Shown here: positions 1 through 8,538 of the stretch, piece after piece
How positions within the stretch are numbered: the first letter of the stretch is position 1
Layout: each line of letters begins with the position of its first letter
IMG/VR virus record: IMGVR_UViG_3300044643_001654
Coordinates: 1 to 25,822 of that record
Direction: 5' to 3' (one strand)
Length of the DNA stretch: 25,822 nt
From: a virus
Lineage: Duplodnaviria; Caudoviricetes
Translations under genes and position numbers: made by a program
The notes under the pieces: generated by a model
Seen by the model: the letters and a program-made list of their open reading frames with translations, nothing else
Told to the model about the DNA's origin: nothing
Databases searched by the model: none

Positions 1-73
1 CGCCCTCGGCAAGGCTGGCAGCGTGCGTCAGGATTCCGCCCTCGCCCAGATGCTCCCCGGCATGACCGCATGA
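1..73 (+). CDS. C-terminal end of a gene truncated by the window edge, probably the portal (head-tail connector)
   Basis: Frame from base 2 reads ALGKAGSVRQDSALAQMLPGMTA* and its TGA (71-73) overlaps the next ATG (ATGA). The portal call rests on synteny only. Confidence 0.5.
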   Translation, partial: ALGKAGSVRQDSALAQMLPGMTA

Positions 74-366
74 TGGCTCCCGAAGACAAAGCCGCTGCCC
101 TCCGGCGCGAGCGTGAGCGCCAGAAGATCACCAATGCCTACCACCGTGTTTTTGCCTCCAAGGAAGGCGCTGCGGTCATCGCCGATCTCAAGACGCAGTT
201 CGCCACCGACTCACAGGTCTTCCTGCCTGGTTATGATTTCAATCCCGTGGTCGCCGCCCTCCGGGACGGCCAGCGCGGCGTGATCCTTCACATCGAAGCG
301 ATCCTCCGCAGGCCGGTCATCGCGGACGGCGACATCGAGACTCCCAAACGCAAAGTCAAAAAATGA
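70..366 (+). CDS. Bbp19-like small phage protein
   Basis: 98 aa with AYHRVFASKEGAAVIADL...ALRDGQRGVILHI, the pattern of the small protein between portal and scaffold in BPP-1-like phages. ATGA-coupled at both ends. Confidence 0.75.
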   Translation: MMAPEDKAAALRRERERQKITNAYHRVFASKEGAAVIADLKTQFATDSQVFLPGYDFNPVVAALRDGQRGVILHIEAILRRPVIADGDIETPKRKVKK

Positions 367-536
367 GCAAACCCAAACCCAAACAAGACATCCCGCCGCG
401 CCCCGAAATGGACCCCATGCTGGGCGACAAGACCATCGAACTTGTCGAGTGGCTCCGCGACTACGAGCCAGAGGAATTCCAGCGCACCTACGCCGGTCGC
501 TCGACCCATCTCGGTTACCACCCGCATCAAGTGTGA
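363..536 (+). CDS. hypothetical protein, 57 aa (not in ORF track)
   Basis: Hand translation: MSKPKPKQDIPPRPEMDPMLGDKTIELVEWLRDYEPEEFQRTYAGRSTHLGYHPHQV*. ATGA overlap with the upstream stop, fills the gap, C-ending codons like its neighbours. Confidence 0.7.
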   Translation: MSKPKPKQDIPPRPEMDPMLGDKTIELVEWLRDYEPEEFQRTYAGRSTHLGYHPHQV

Positions 537-542
537 CGCGCA

Positions 543-556
543 GTTTTGACTGATAC
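543..556 (+). promoter_or_regulatory. GTTTTGACTGATAC motif, copy 1 (5 nt before scaffold ATG)
   Basis: Exact 14-mer recurs at 1532, 18660 and 23280, with one-mismatch copies at 1661 and 13270. Confidence 0.65.
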
Positions 557-561
557 TATTT

Positions 562-1440
562 ATGGAAGACACCATCGACACCTCCGGCGAGACCTCGCTT
601 CTCGCCGCAGCCGATAACACAAGCGCATCTCCAGATGCACAGGCGCAGCCCGCTGCGGACACCTCCACGCAACCCTCAACTCCCTCGACCGGCTGGGTGA
701 ACCCGGACGGCACATTTGGAGACAAGTGGCTCGATGCCCTGCCAGAGGATTCCGCTGCCTATAAAAACTCCGTCAAAAATTTCAAAAGCGTTCCCGATTT
801 GGTCAAGGCGCTTGGGAATGCGAATGCCCTCATCGGGAAAAAACTCGGTGTGCCGAATGAGAATTCCTCACCCGAAGAGGTCGCCGCCTTCCGCCGCGCC
901 ATGGGCGTGCCGGACTCGCTGGAGGAATACAAGTTCGCTCCAGACTCCCTCCCGGAAGGGATGACATGGAGCGACGACATGGCGAAGCCGTATGCCGAGA
1001 TCGCGCACAAGCACGGCATCCCGCCATCGGCCATGAAGGAACTCGTCGCCCAGCATGCGAAGACCGAGATGTTCAAGATGGAGGCGATTCAAGCCACCTT
1101 TGAGAAGCAGCGCACCGAGGCCGTGCAAAGCCTCCAAAAAGAATGGGGAAATGATTTCGGAAAGAACATCGGACTCGCCAAGCAGGCCGCGAAGCTCGCT
1201 GGCGTGGATTCAAATTCACACGGGTTCAGCGACCCGGAGGTCGTGCGTGGCTTTGTTCGCATGGCCCAGATGATGAGCGAGGACAAGGTCGGTCGCTCGA
1301 TGGGCGGCACGGAGTTTATGACCGGCGCAGCACGCGCCAAGGACATCATGGGAAACCCAGACAACACTTGGCACAAACGCTACATGGAAGGCGACCGCGA
1401 GGCCGCTGCGCTTGTCACCTCCCTGCTCAAGCAGGGCTAA
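562..1440 (+). CDS. capsid assembly scaffolding protein
   Basis: Acidic, low-complexity N-terminus, W.DALPED...FKS..DL.K, GVP.S.EEY.F and L.KEWG.DF..N motifs, immediately upstream of the major capsid gene. Confidence 0.8.
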   Translation: MEDTIDTSGETSLLAAADNTSASPDAQAQPAADTSTQPSTPSTGWVNPDGTFGDKWLDALPEDSAAYKNSVKNFKSVPDLVKALGNANALIGKKLGVPNENSSPEEVAAFRRAMGVPDSLEEYKFAPDSLPEGMTWSDDMAKPYAEIAHKHGIPPSAMKELVAQHAKTEMFKMEAIQATFEKQRTEAVQSLQKEWGNDFGKNIGLAKQAAKLAGVDSNSHGFSDPEVVRGFVRMAQMMSEDKVGRSMGGTEFMTGAARAKDIMGNPDNTWHKRYMEGDREAAALVTSLLKQG

Positions 1441-1444
1441 AAAC

Positions 1445-1515
1445 TGCGGGGTAGTGAAAAGGTATAACACCAGTTTCATAATCTGGAATTCCGAGTTCGA
1501 GTCTCGGCCCCGCTA
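1445..1515 (+). tRNA. tRNA with CAT anticodon (Met-type, atypical, no encoded CCA)
   Basis: Cloverleaf by hand: acceptor TGCGGGG/CCCCGCT, D arm GTGA-AAAGGTA-TAAC, anticodon arm CCAGT-TTCATAA-TCTGG (CAT at 1477-1479), T arm CCGAG-TTCGAGT-CTCGG, discriminator A. Confidence 0.85.
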
Positions 1516-1562
1516 TTTTTTTTGAAAAAAAGTTTTGACTGATACCGCATCGGCGGTAATGT
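1516..1562 (+). promoter_or_regulatory. sigma70-like promoter for the capsid leader, containing motif copy 2 (1532-1545)
   Basis: T8-G-A7 tract (UP-like), TTGACT at 1535-1540, 16-nt spacer, TAATGT at 1557-1562. Confidence 0.55.
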
Positions 1563-1573
1563 CACCTTCGTCA

Positions 1574-1700
1574 GAGCAGACAACTCCTTTGTGAATCTGC
1601 TCCCAAACCCCGATCCGACGATCCGCAAGGACAACCGGCAAGGACAGGGAGCAACCATCAGTTTCGACTGATACCAACTCACCAAAAACCAAAGGAGACC
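1574..1700 (+). ncRNA. putative structured 5' leader of the major capsid gene
   Basis: Stems GAGCAGA/TCTGCTC (1574-1602), TCC-GCAA-GGA (1622-1631) and ATCAGT-TTCG-ACTGAT (1657-1672), then SD AGGAG at 1693-1697. Confidence 0.5.
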
Positions 1701-1702
1701 AA

Positions 1703-2608
1703 ATGCCCGATCTAAACGGAGTTCTGACGAACATCCCCAATCACTTCACCACCCAGTTTGATTCTAACTGGAAACACCTCGTTCAGCAAAAGAACAGCAA
1801 GCTGAAAGAATATGTGACCCTCGATTCCATCGAAGGAAAAGAGAAGTCCTACAACCAACTCGACACAACCTCGATGACGCAGATCACGGATCGCTCCCGC
1901 GACACCCGGATCAGCGATCAAGTGATGGCCAAGCGTTGGATTCGCCCGCAGCAATACGACTGCGCGAAACTCGTTGACGAGTGGGACGAGCAATTCCTCG
2001 GTGAGGTCGTCCTTCCGACCAGCCCGATCATCCAGTCCCATGCACAAGCCTATGGCCGCACTTGCGACTCGATCATCATTGGCGCTCTCGGCGGCACAGC
2101 TTTTACCGGCGCGACCGGCACAACCTCAACCGCATTGCCTGCTGGCCAGAAGGTCGCAGTCAACTTCGTGGAAAGCGGAACAGCCGCCAACTCCGGCCTC
2201 ACCATCGCCAAACTCCGCCGCGCCAAATTCATCCTCGACGCAGCCGATGTGGACGAAGAGGAGGAGCGCATCCTAGTTGTTTCGGCTCGCCAGCTTCAAG
2301 ACCTGCTCCGCACGGTTGAAGTGACCAGCGCCGACTACAACACGGTTCGCGCCCTGGTGGACGGAAACTTGAACACCTTCATGGGCTTTAAATTCCGCCG
2401 CACCCAGCTCCTTGGCCTCACCTCCACGGTCCGCTCTTGCTACGCCTATGTGAAGTCCGGAGTCATCCTCGCCGAGCGCGGACTCAAGACCCACATGGAC
2501 ATCCGCACGGACCTCTCGCACTCCCTTCAAATCCGCTCTGTGGCCAGCCTCGCCGCTGTCCGCATGGAAGAGAAGAAAGTCGTCGAGATCGCCTGCGACG
2601 AAGCCTAA
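1703..2608 (+). CDS. major capsid protein (BPP-1 Bbp17-like)
   Basis: 301 aa with F..QF..N...L.QQK.SKL, RW.....YD...LVD..D, GLTIAKL..AK and VTSADYNTVRALV.G..NTFMGFKF. Clear SD and position after the scaffold. Confidence 0.9.
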   Translation: MPDLNGVLTNIPNHFTTQFDSNWKHLVQQKNSKLKEYVTLDSIEGKEKSYNQLDTTSMTQITDRSRDTRISDQVMAKRWIRPQQYDCAKLVDEWDEQFLGEVVLPTSPIIQSHAQAYGRTCDSIIIGALGGTAFTGATGTTSTALPAGQKVAVNFVESGTAANSGLTIAKLRRAKFILDAADVDEEEERILVVSARQLQDLLRTVEVTSADYNTVRALVDGNLNTFMGFKFRRTQLLGLTSTVRSCYAYVKSGVILAERGLKTHMDIRTDLSHSLQIRSVASLAAVRMEEKKVVEIACDEA

Positions 2609-2622
2609 TTCCCGCACCCCGC

Positions 2623-2656
2623 TGGCAGACCGGGAAATGTCTGCCACCCACTTTTT
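2623..2656 (+). terminator. possible terminator hairpin after the capsid gene
   Basis: TGGCAGAC (2623-2630) pairs with GTCTGCCA (2639-2646). The T5 run is offset by 5 nt, so this is not a canonical terminator. Confidence 0.4.
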
Positions 2657-2682
2657 CAATTCTGTGATCTGACCGCGCCTCA

Positions 2683-5600
2683 ATGACAGACATCCAAATC
2701 TGCAACCTCGCCCTCGCCCGACTCGGTGATGCCCGTATCACCGCGCTCACGGACGCGACCGCACAGGCTCAGTATTGTTCTCTTTTTTACTCGCAGACTT
2801 TAGAGGAACTCCAGACGGAGTTCGATTGGCAGTTCTGCCGCAAACTTGCATCACTCACCGCCGATGCCACGGCTCCGGCCTTTGGCTACGCCCGCCGGTT
2901 CGCCGTTCCCTCCGACTTCCTGCGTCTCATCCGCCTCAACGGAATCGATGAGGATGAGAATTTCTCCAAATGGGAGATCGTAGACGGATTCATCCACACC
3001 GATCTCGCCGCTCCCGCCCAGATCGAATACATCGCCTCTGTCACCACCGCCGCGAAGTTCCCTGCGGTCTTTGTCGAAATCCTTTCCGCGAAGCTGGCCG
3101 CGAACCTCGCGATGCCGCTCACCGGCTCAAAAGAGCTTTTCTCTCAAATGGCCGAGGTTTTCTCGGCCAACATGCAGCGCCCGGTGGTCAAGTCGCTCAT
3201 CCTTGCAACCGCCAAGGACCGCCCATCCTCCACCCTCACTGAGGACGAACTGTGCCGCCAAGCCATCTTGCGCGTCGGCACTGCCGAGCAGTTCGGCCCC
3301 TCCTCGCAGGCGATGCTGCTTGCCAAGTCACTCTACCCGCAGGTGCGCGATGCGCTCCTCCTCGCTGGTTCGTGGACATGGGCGATGAAGTCCACCACGG
3401 TCATTGAGACGCTCCCGCGCCCAGAATACAAGTGGGCTTACCGCTACACGATTCCCGCAGACTGTCTGCGCGTCTTCCGGGTCAACGACTACGACTACTC
3501 AACCGGCGACTCGTCGTGGGAGGTGTCGGGCAACTTTGTTCTCACCAATGCCGACTCTGGATCTCCCGCATGGGTCGTGGACCGTGGTTATGAAGTCGGC
3601 AATGCGGTTTCCAACAACGGCGCGGTCTACCGATGCGTGGTTGCCGGCACGACTAAGCAACCAGGCGTGACATCTGGATGGACGACCGACTGGGATATCT
3701 GGCTCGGCACGGCGATTACGCTGGAATATGTCCGCAAGGTCACCGATGTCACCCTCTTCGATTCCCTCTTCATCGACCTGCTCACGGTCTCCCTCGCCGC
3801 CAAGCTCGCCGTCCCGCTGACCGGCGATGCCAACAAGGCCGCACTCCTCGCCAAGGAAACCGAAATCCTCGGCAAAAACCCCGCCATGCGCCGGGACTCC
3901 ACCGAGCGCAAGGGCCGCATCAAGCCTGCATGGCAGTCCTCCAAACTCGTCTCCTCTCGCAACGGCGGCGATGGCATTGATGGCTCGCAAGCCACTGCGG
4001 GCGGACCAGCAGGCGGCGTCAGCTACCCCTCGCTCCTCGTCACCGTAGGAACGGTCTCCAACCTCCCCACTGGCGCTACTCCCACCGTCACCAATACCGG
4101 CACAAACGACACCGCCGTTCTCAATTTCGGTCTGCCACAAGGCCCAGCCGGAACGGTTCAAGTCGGAACGACCACGACCGGCGCCGAAGGGACAAACGCA
4201 GCAGTCGCCGCCACAGGGACTCCAGAGAACCGGATTCTTTCATTCACCATCCCTCGCGGTAACACTGGCAATACCGGACCGCAGGGGCCAGCCGGAACGG
4301 TTCAAGTCGGAACGACCACGACCGGCAACCCCGGAACCAACGCATCGGTTGCCAATACCGGAACCAGCGGAGCCGCTGTTCTTAATTTCACAATCCCTCG
4401 CGGCAATGTTGGTGCGACCGGTCCAGCAAATAGTCTTTCCATTGGCTCGGTATCAACCGGCGCAGCAGGCTCGGCAGCGGAAGCCACGATAACCGGGAGC
4501 GCCCCAAGCCAAACACTCAATCTGGTGATCCCTAAAGGCGACAAGGGGGATGCCGCTACCGTGGCCGTCGGTAGCACAACCACAGGATTGCCGGGGACGA
4601 TCGCTTCCGTAGCAAATTCTGGGACATCCGCCGCAGCCGTTTTGCAGTTTACGATCCCGCAGGGAGTGAAGGGCGACACCGGTGAACAAGGCCAGACTGG
4701 CCCGGCAGGACCGGCAGGACCGCAGGGACCGCAGGGACCGCAGGGACCGCAGGGACCGCAAGGACCGCAAGGGGTGGCAGGCGGCTTGCCGCTTTCCGAA
4801 AGCAGCTACATCATCGCCAAACCCGGCGACGACCTTGCAGCTAAATATACCGCAGCAAAAGCCCTGACTCCCAACGGTGCGGCAAAATCTGCCACAAACC
4901 GCGCCCACCTTATCATTTTCCCCGGTCGCTACACACTTACCGCCGAGCTGGCGATTGACGCCGAGTTTGTCGATGTGATCGGGCTGGGGGCGCAGACGCG
5001 AAATCCTGCTGTGCTCATCGCTGGCAACACCTTAAATGTCAGCGCCAACGATGTGCGCGTGAGCGGCCTTTCTGTGGGCGCTCAGTCGTTCAAAATCACA
5101 GGCGACAAACCCTTGCAGGTTTTTGAGAACTGCGCCGGGGGCGCTTCCAGCTTCGGCGGCGGCGCTCTAATTAGCACCGCAAGCGGGACATTTACAGACT
5201 GCTCCGGGGGAGTCGATAGCTTCGGCGGCGTAGGCGTGGCCAGCGGGATTTTTGCAAATTGCAGGCTCACGACTGGCTCGTTTCCTACAATATATATCCC
5301 AGGCAAAATGAGGTCTTGCTTGGATGCGGACTATAATGTCTTCGATGCGGATGGGATATACGATCCAGACGCCAGCTCTTTTTTCACCACAGCATCCGTT
5401 ACGGACAATACAGCCAAGCTCCAATTACACGCCTTTGTGCTTGGCGTGAAACAACTCGGCCTTTGGAATGACATGGTGTGCTGGCCTCTCCGCAGCTCGC
5501 AGAACGCAGGCACAGGCTCGACCGCTTACTCGCTCGGTGGGCTGGGGACATACAACGGCACGCTCATCAATGGGCCGACTTGGGGGGCGGATGGAGTGAG

Positions 5601-6138
5601 TTTTGGAGGAAATACGCAAAGTATTCAATACAGTCCTCAATTTTCCGTAGATTTTACAAAACGTGGTTTTTCCGTGCATGCAGTTTGGAGTGCGCTCGGG
5701 GTCAGCGTTACAAGCCTTGAAGGAGATTTTCTTTTATTGGGGCAAATAGGGATTAGCACTTTGCAGAATATAATCACAACCAACGTAGGAGGAGGCACAA
5801 CGTGGATGCCGGAATCTAAAAACTACAATGGGAATCGGTATTTCCATTTTGCAAATGTCCCGACATCAGGAAACGTAGGATATGGGTGGAACGCTGACAC
5901 GCTAACATTGCAAACAAATGGGGTCAACATTGTTACATCGCCGCAGATAGCATTTACCCCTGCGAATGGAAATTATACGCTCTCCACAATAGGCCGAAAT
6001 AATTCCACGACCTCCGCAACTTCTCGGGTTAGCTATCTAATGGCATTCCAGCCCAACATTGGAATGACCGCGCAAAAAATGCAGGACATTTACACTCTTG
6101 CAAAAAACACTCTCGGCCAAGGACTCGGACTACCATGA
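2683..6138 (+). CDS. tail adaptor (tail tubular protein A/gp11-like), two tandem copies, fused to a repeat/collagen fibre and C-terminal globular domains
   Basis: [10 protein letters not shown]...W.F...P.D.LR...F...L...LAA.LA.PLTG occurs twice (aa ~1-184 and ~185-426). Then five VGTTTTG...L.FTIP.G repeats, Gly-X-Y triplets and a beta-rich C-terminus. Confidence 0.8.
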   Translation: MTDIQICNLALARLGDARITALTDATAQAQYCSLFYSQTLEELQTEFDWQFCRKLASLTADATAPAFGYARRFAVPSDFLRLIRLNGIDEDENFSKWEIVDGFIHTDLAAPAQIEYIASVTTAAKFPAVFVEILSAKLAANLAMPLTGSKELFSQMAEVFSANMQRPVVKSLILATAKDRPSSTLTEDELCRQAILRVGTAEQFGPSSQAMLLAKSLYPQVRDALLLAGSWTWAMKSTTVIETLPRPEYKWAYRYTIPADCLRVFRVNDYDYSTGDSSWEVSGNFVLTNADSGSPAWVVDRGYEVGNAVSNNGAVYRCVVAGTTKQPGVTSGWTTDWDIWLGTAITLEYVRKVTDVTLFDSLFIDLLTVSLAAKLAVPLTGDANKAALLAKETEILGKNPAMRRDSTERKGRIKPAWQSSKLVSSRNGGDGIDGSQATAGGPAGGVSYPSLLVTVGTVSNLPTGATPTVTNTGTNDTAVLNFGLPQGPAGTVQVGTTTTGAEGTNAAVAATGTPENRILSFTIPRGNTGNTGPQGPAGTVQVGTTTTGNPGTNASVANTGTSGAAVLNFTIPRGNVGATGPANSLSIGSVSTGAAGSAAEATITGSAPSQTLNLVIPKGDKGDAATVAVGSTTTGLPGTIASVANSGTSAAAVLQFTIPQGVKGDTGEQGQTGPAGPAGPQGPQGPQGPQGPQGPQGVAGGLPLSESSYIIAKPGDDLAAKYTAAKALTPNGAAKSATNRAHLIIFPGRYTLTAELAIDAEFVDVIGLGAQTRNPAVLIAGNTLNVSANDVRVSGLSVGAQSFKITGDKPLQVFENCAGGASSFGGGALISTASGTFTDCSGGVDSFGGVGVASGIFANCRLTTGSFPTIYIPGKMRSCLDADYNVFDADGIYDPDASSFFTTASVTDNTAKLQLHAFVLGVKQLGLWNDMVCWPLRSSQNAGTGSTAYSLGGLGTYNGTLINGPTWGADGVSFGGNTQSIQYSPQFSVDFTKRGFSVHAVWSALGVSVTSLEGDFLLLGQIGISTLQNIITTNVGGGTTWMPESKNYNGNRYFHFANVPTSGNVGYGWNADTLTLQTNGVNIVTSPQIAFTPANGNYTLSTIGRNNSTTSATSRVSYLMAFQPNIGMTAQKMQDIYTLAKNTLGQGLGLP
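4144..4326 (+). repeat. exact 39-bp direct repeat (4144-4182 and 4288-4326)
   Basis: CCAGCCGGAACGGTTCAAGTCGGAACGACCACGACCGGC twice, 144 bp apart and in frame. Confidence 0.9.
4699..4770 (+). repeat. 9-bp tandem repeat encoding collagen-like (GPA)2(GPQ)6
   Basis: GGACCGCAG/GGACCGCAA/GGACCGGCA-type units read directly. Confidence 0.9.
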
Positions 6139-6362
6139 GAACTCCCATGCCACGCTACCGCGCTACCGCGCTTCAAAACAATAGCCTTCCGTGGTTTTGT
6201 TGGGACACGACCACAGGAAGCGGCACACGCCCGATGGAATGGGGCGTCACGCTTGTGCCAACGCCGAACGACCTCGAAAACCCGACCGAGTGGACATGGA
6301 GCGCGATGCTGCCGGAGGGCACACAACTCCCAAGCTGGATCACCGTTATTTCAACGACATAA
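6135..6362 (+). CDS. hypothetical protein, 75 aa, Trp/Pro-rich (possible fibre assembly helper)
   Basis: ATGA overlap with the fibre gene. Function inferred from position only. Confidence 0.6.
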   Translation: MRTPMPRYRATALQNNSLPWFCWDTTTGSGTRPMEWGVTLVPTPNDLENPTEWTWSAMLPEGTQLPSWITVISTT

Positions 6363-6365
6363 ATC

Positions 6366-6593
6366 ATGGACAGAAAATTTAACGCAATAACAGTCGAAAC
6401 CAACGGTGTCCGCAGTATAGCGGGCGGCGGCACGGGTGCGGCTACGGCGGCAGCGGCACGAACCAATCTTGGCCTTGGCAATGTGGACAACACCAGCGAT
6501 GAGGCCAAGCCAATCTCGACGGCCACGCAGGCCGCTCTCGATGGTAAGCCATCGGCTTCACAAACAATCGTAAATGCGCTGATTTTTGGTTAG
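6366..6593 (+). CDS. short tail-fibre-like protein, 75 aa
   Basis: Contains GGTGAATAAAARTNLG and LGNVDNTSD..KPISTATQAALD, both common phage fibre shaft motifs. Confidence 0.7.
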   Translation: MDRKFNAITVETNGVRSIAGGGTGAATAAAARTNLGLGNVDNTSDEAKPISTATQAALDGKPSASQTIVNALIFG

Positions 6594-6599
6594 AAAAAT

Positions 6600-8534
6600 A
6601 TGAAATCATTCCTTGCACCAACTTACACATTCACGCCTGGAGCCTCGGGCGTTGGGACGGTCGATCTGAGCGGAATCTCTGGCTTCAATATAAAATACCT
6701 CGTTGCCATTATTAACCAGACTCGCGGCGTCACGATCTACGCGACGGGCGATGCGGGCTTGCGCTACACGGCGGTGGCTGGCACTACGGTGACGCTTTTT
6801 GCCAACACAACTGGACACAGCGCAGGTGATGTGCTGCAAGTGATTTACGAGGATCAAGCTGGCGCACCTATTGAGGATACAGCGATCCAAAATTTAGCTG
6901 CTACGCCCGTTCGACAAGTCGGGCAGATGGTGGATGGGGCTGGGTTTAGCGCCGTTGGCGCGAGTGTGCTGGATTCGTTTTTTAACGCGCCAATCGTTTC
7001 TGGCAGCGTTTCTTACAACCAAGCTGCGGGTAGCTTGAACATTTTGACAGGCACAACCGCCAATTCGGAGTTTTTGGCGCGGTCTGTGAAATCCTATCGC
7101 GGCTCGATGCGTATGCGGTTTTCGATATCGGCCTCTCAGCGTATCGCAAACAACAACCTCGCAGTGATGCTGGCCGACCTGATCGGCGAGGGGTTATCCT
7201 ACACAATCAACTCGGCGACTTCTGTAACGGTCGCTATTCCAGGGCATACTTTTAACGCGACAAATGTTGGCCAGTTTGTGCAATTCGGCGGAATTACTGG
7301 GGCGGCGGCTGTGCCGGGTAGGTATGCAATCGCCTCGGTGGTCGCTGGGGTTTCCATCACATTTACGGTGGCGGGATTCCCAGCTTCGGGGTCTGGAACT
7401 TGCACGCTCTTTGGGCGAAATTATATCCGCACTTTGGTGACAGGGACGGTGGCGACCGCCATGAGTATAGACGCGCAGCGCAATGGGTGGGCGACGGGCG
7501 ACAGTTCCGTGGCATTCAATTCAACTGTGTCGCCGGGCACGCTAGTTCAAACCGAGTGCACAGGACGCGAAATTTTCTGGAGCGATACACTTCGCGCAAC
7601 CTCGCTAAACCCAAACGTAGTAACCAGAGGGAGTCGGTACGAAAACATTCCCGATGCAAGCACTGAGTTGTATGTGTTTATGTGGAACTTCAACGGGAGC
7701 ACCGCTCCGGGGTCCTCGACAACATGGACACTGGGCTCGGTCTCGCTGGAGTCTTTCCCGAGCACTCCGGTCTACTTGCAAGGAGCGCGCTCCGTTGGCT
7801 CTGCAAACTCGTTCCCGGTAACGGCGAGTGTAACGGGCGCAACTGTAAACAGTGTTAATGCCGCAAACATTGGCATACCGGGGAGCGCCGCAGATGTGGC
7901 GTCTTCAGCGATTACAACCACAACAACGACTGCGGCGATCACTCCTGCCTTTGGCTGTAGCTATGTGGTCAGTATACCTGTGACGGTGGTGTCTGGCACA
8001 TCACCGACGATGGATGTCGATATCCAAGAGAGTGATGACACCGGCACAAACTGGTATACCGTCTATTCATTCCCCCGCATCACGACGACTGGCATTTATC
8101 GAAGCCCGAAATTGCGGCTTAACGGAAATCGCGTGCGCTATGTGCAGACAATCGGCGGCACTACGCCTTCTTTCACCCGCGTCGTCAATCGTTTGTCATG
8201 CTCGGATTCCGTTGATTCAACCCGCCAACTGATTGACCGCAGCATTGTATTGACAACGCTAAACAGCGCAACGCCAAATCTTAATACACAAAATTGCTCA
8301 AACGCTCAACTTGTCGTCAACATTGGCGCGGCGACAGGCGCTCCGATATTGCAACTCCAAGGCTCTGATGACAATGGCGCGACTTGGTATGCCATAGGCG
8401 GCACTCTCACGGCAGTTGCTTCCAGCACGGTTCAGCTCACGGTAGCCGGCATGAATTCGCAATTCCTGCGCGCTATTGTCTCCACCGCAGGGACAAGCGT
8501 CGCGGCGGGATATGTTCTCATCAAAGCATTTTAA
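6600..8534 (+). CDS. putative tail-associated/receptor-binding structural protein, 644 aa
   Basis: Thr/Ser/Gly/Ala-rich and beta-like. Two similar C-terminal modules (IQESDDTGTNWY...RVRY and LQGSDDNGATWY...FLRA). Located in the tail module. Confidence 0.65.
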   Translation: MKSFLAPTYTFTPGASGVGTVDLSGISGFNIKYLVAIINQTRGVTIYATGDAGLRYTAVAGTTVTLFANTTGHSAGDVLQVIYEDQAGAPIEDTAIQNLAATPVRQVGQMVDGAGFSAVGASVLDSFFNAPIVSGSVSYNQAAGSLNILTGTTANSEFLARSVKSYRGSMRMRFSISASQRIANNNLAVMLADLIGEGLSYTINSATSVTVAIPGHTFNATNVGQFVQFGGITGAAAVPGRYAIASVVAGVSITFTVAGFPASGSGTCTLFGRNYIRTLVTGTVATAMSIDAQRNGWATGDSSVAFNSTVSPGTLVQTECTGREIFWSDTLRATSLNPNVVTRGSRYENIPDASTELYVFMWNFNGSTAPGSSTTWTLGSVSLESFPSTPVYLQGARSVGSANSFPVTASVTGATVNSVNAANIGIPGSAADVASSAITTTTTTAAITPAFGCSYVVSIPVTVVSGTSPTMDVDIQESDDTGTNWYTVYSFPRITTTGIYRSPKLRLNGNRVRYVQTIGGTTPSFTRVVNRLSCSDSVDSTRQLIDRSIVLTTLNSATPNLNTQNCSNAQLVVNIGAATGAPILQLQGSDDNGATWYAIGGTLTAVASSTVQLTVAGMNSQFLRAIVSTAGTSVAAGYVLIKAF

Positions 8535-8538
8535 ATAT

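Noticed and set aside
1622-1631. TCCGCAAGGA shared by the capsid leader and the tRNA-Leu variable arm (24435-24444)
   Set aside because: A common GNRA hairpin, and 10 nt is too short to imply a relationship.
2437-2667. -1 frame ORF over the capsid end, as a T7 10B-like frameshift product
   Set aside because: No clear slippery heptamer, and the frame stops at 2667, before the tail gene.
4144-4326. Repeat pair as a DGR template/variable repeat or CRISPR array
   Set aside because: Copies are identical, in frame and in the shaft. No adenine-specific differences, no reverse transcriptase in the window and no spacer array.
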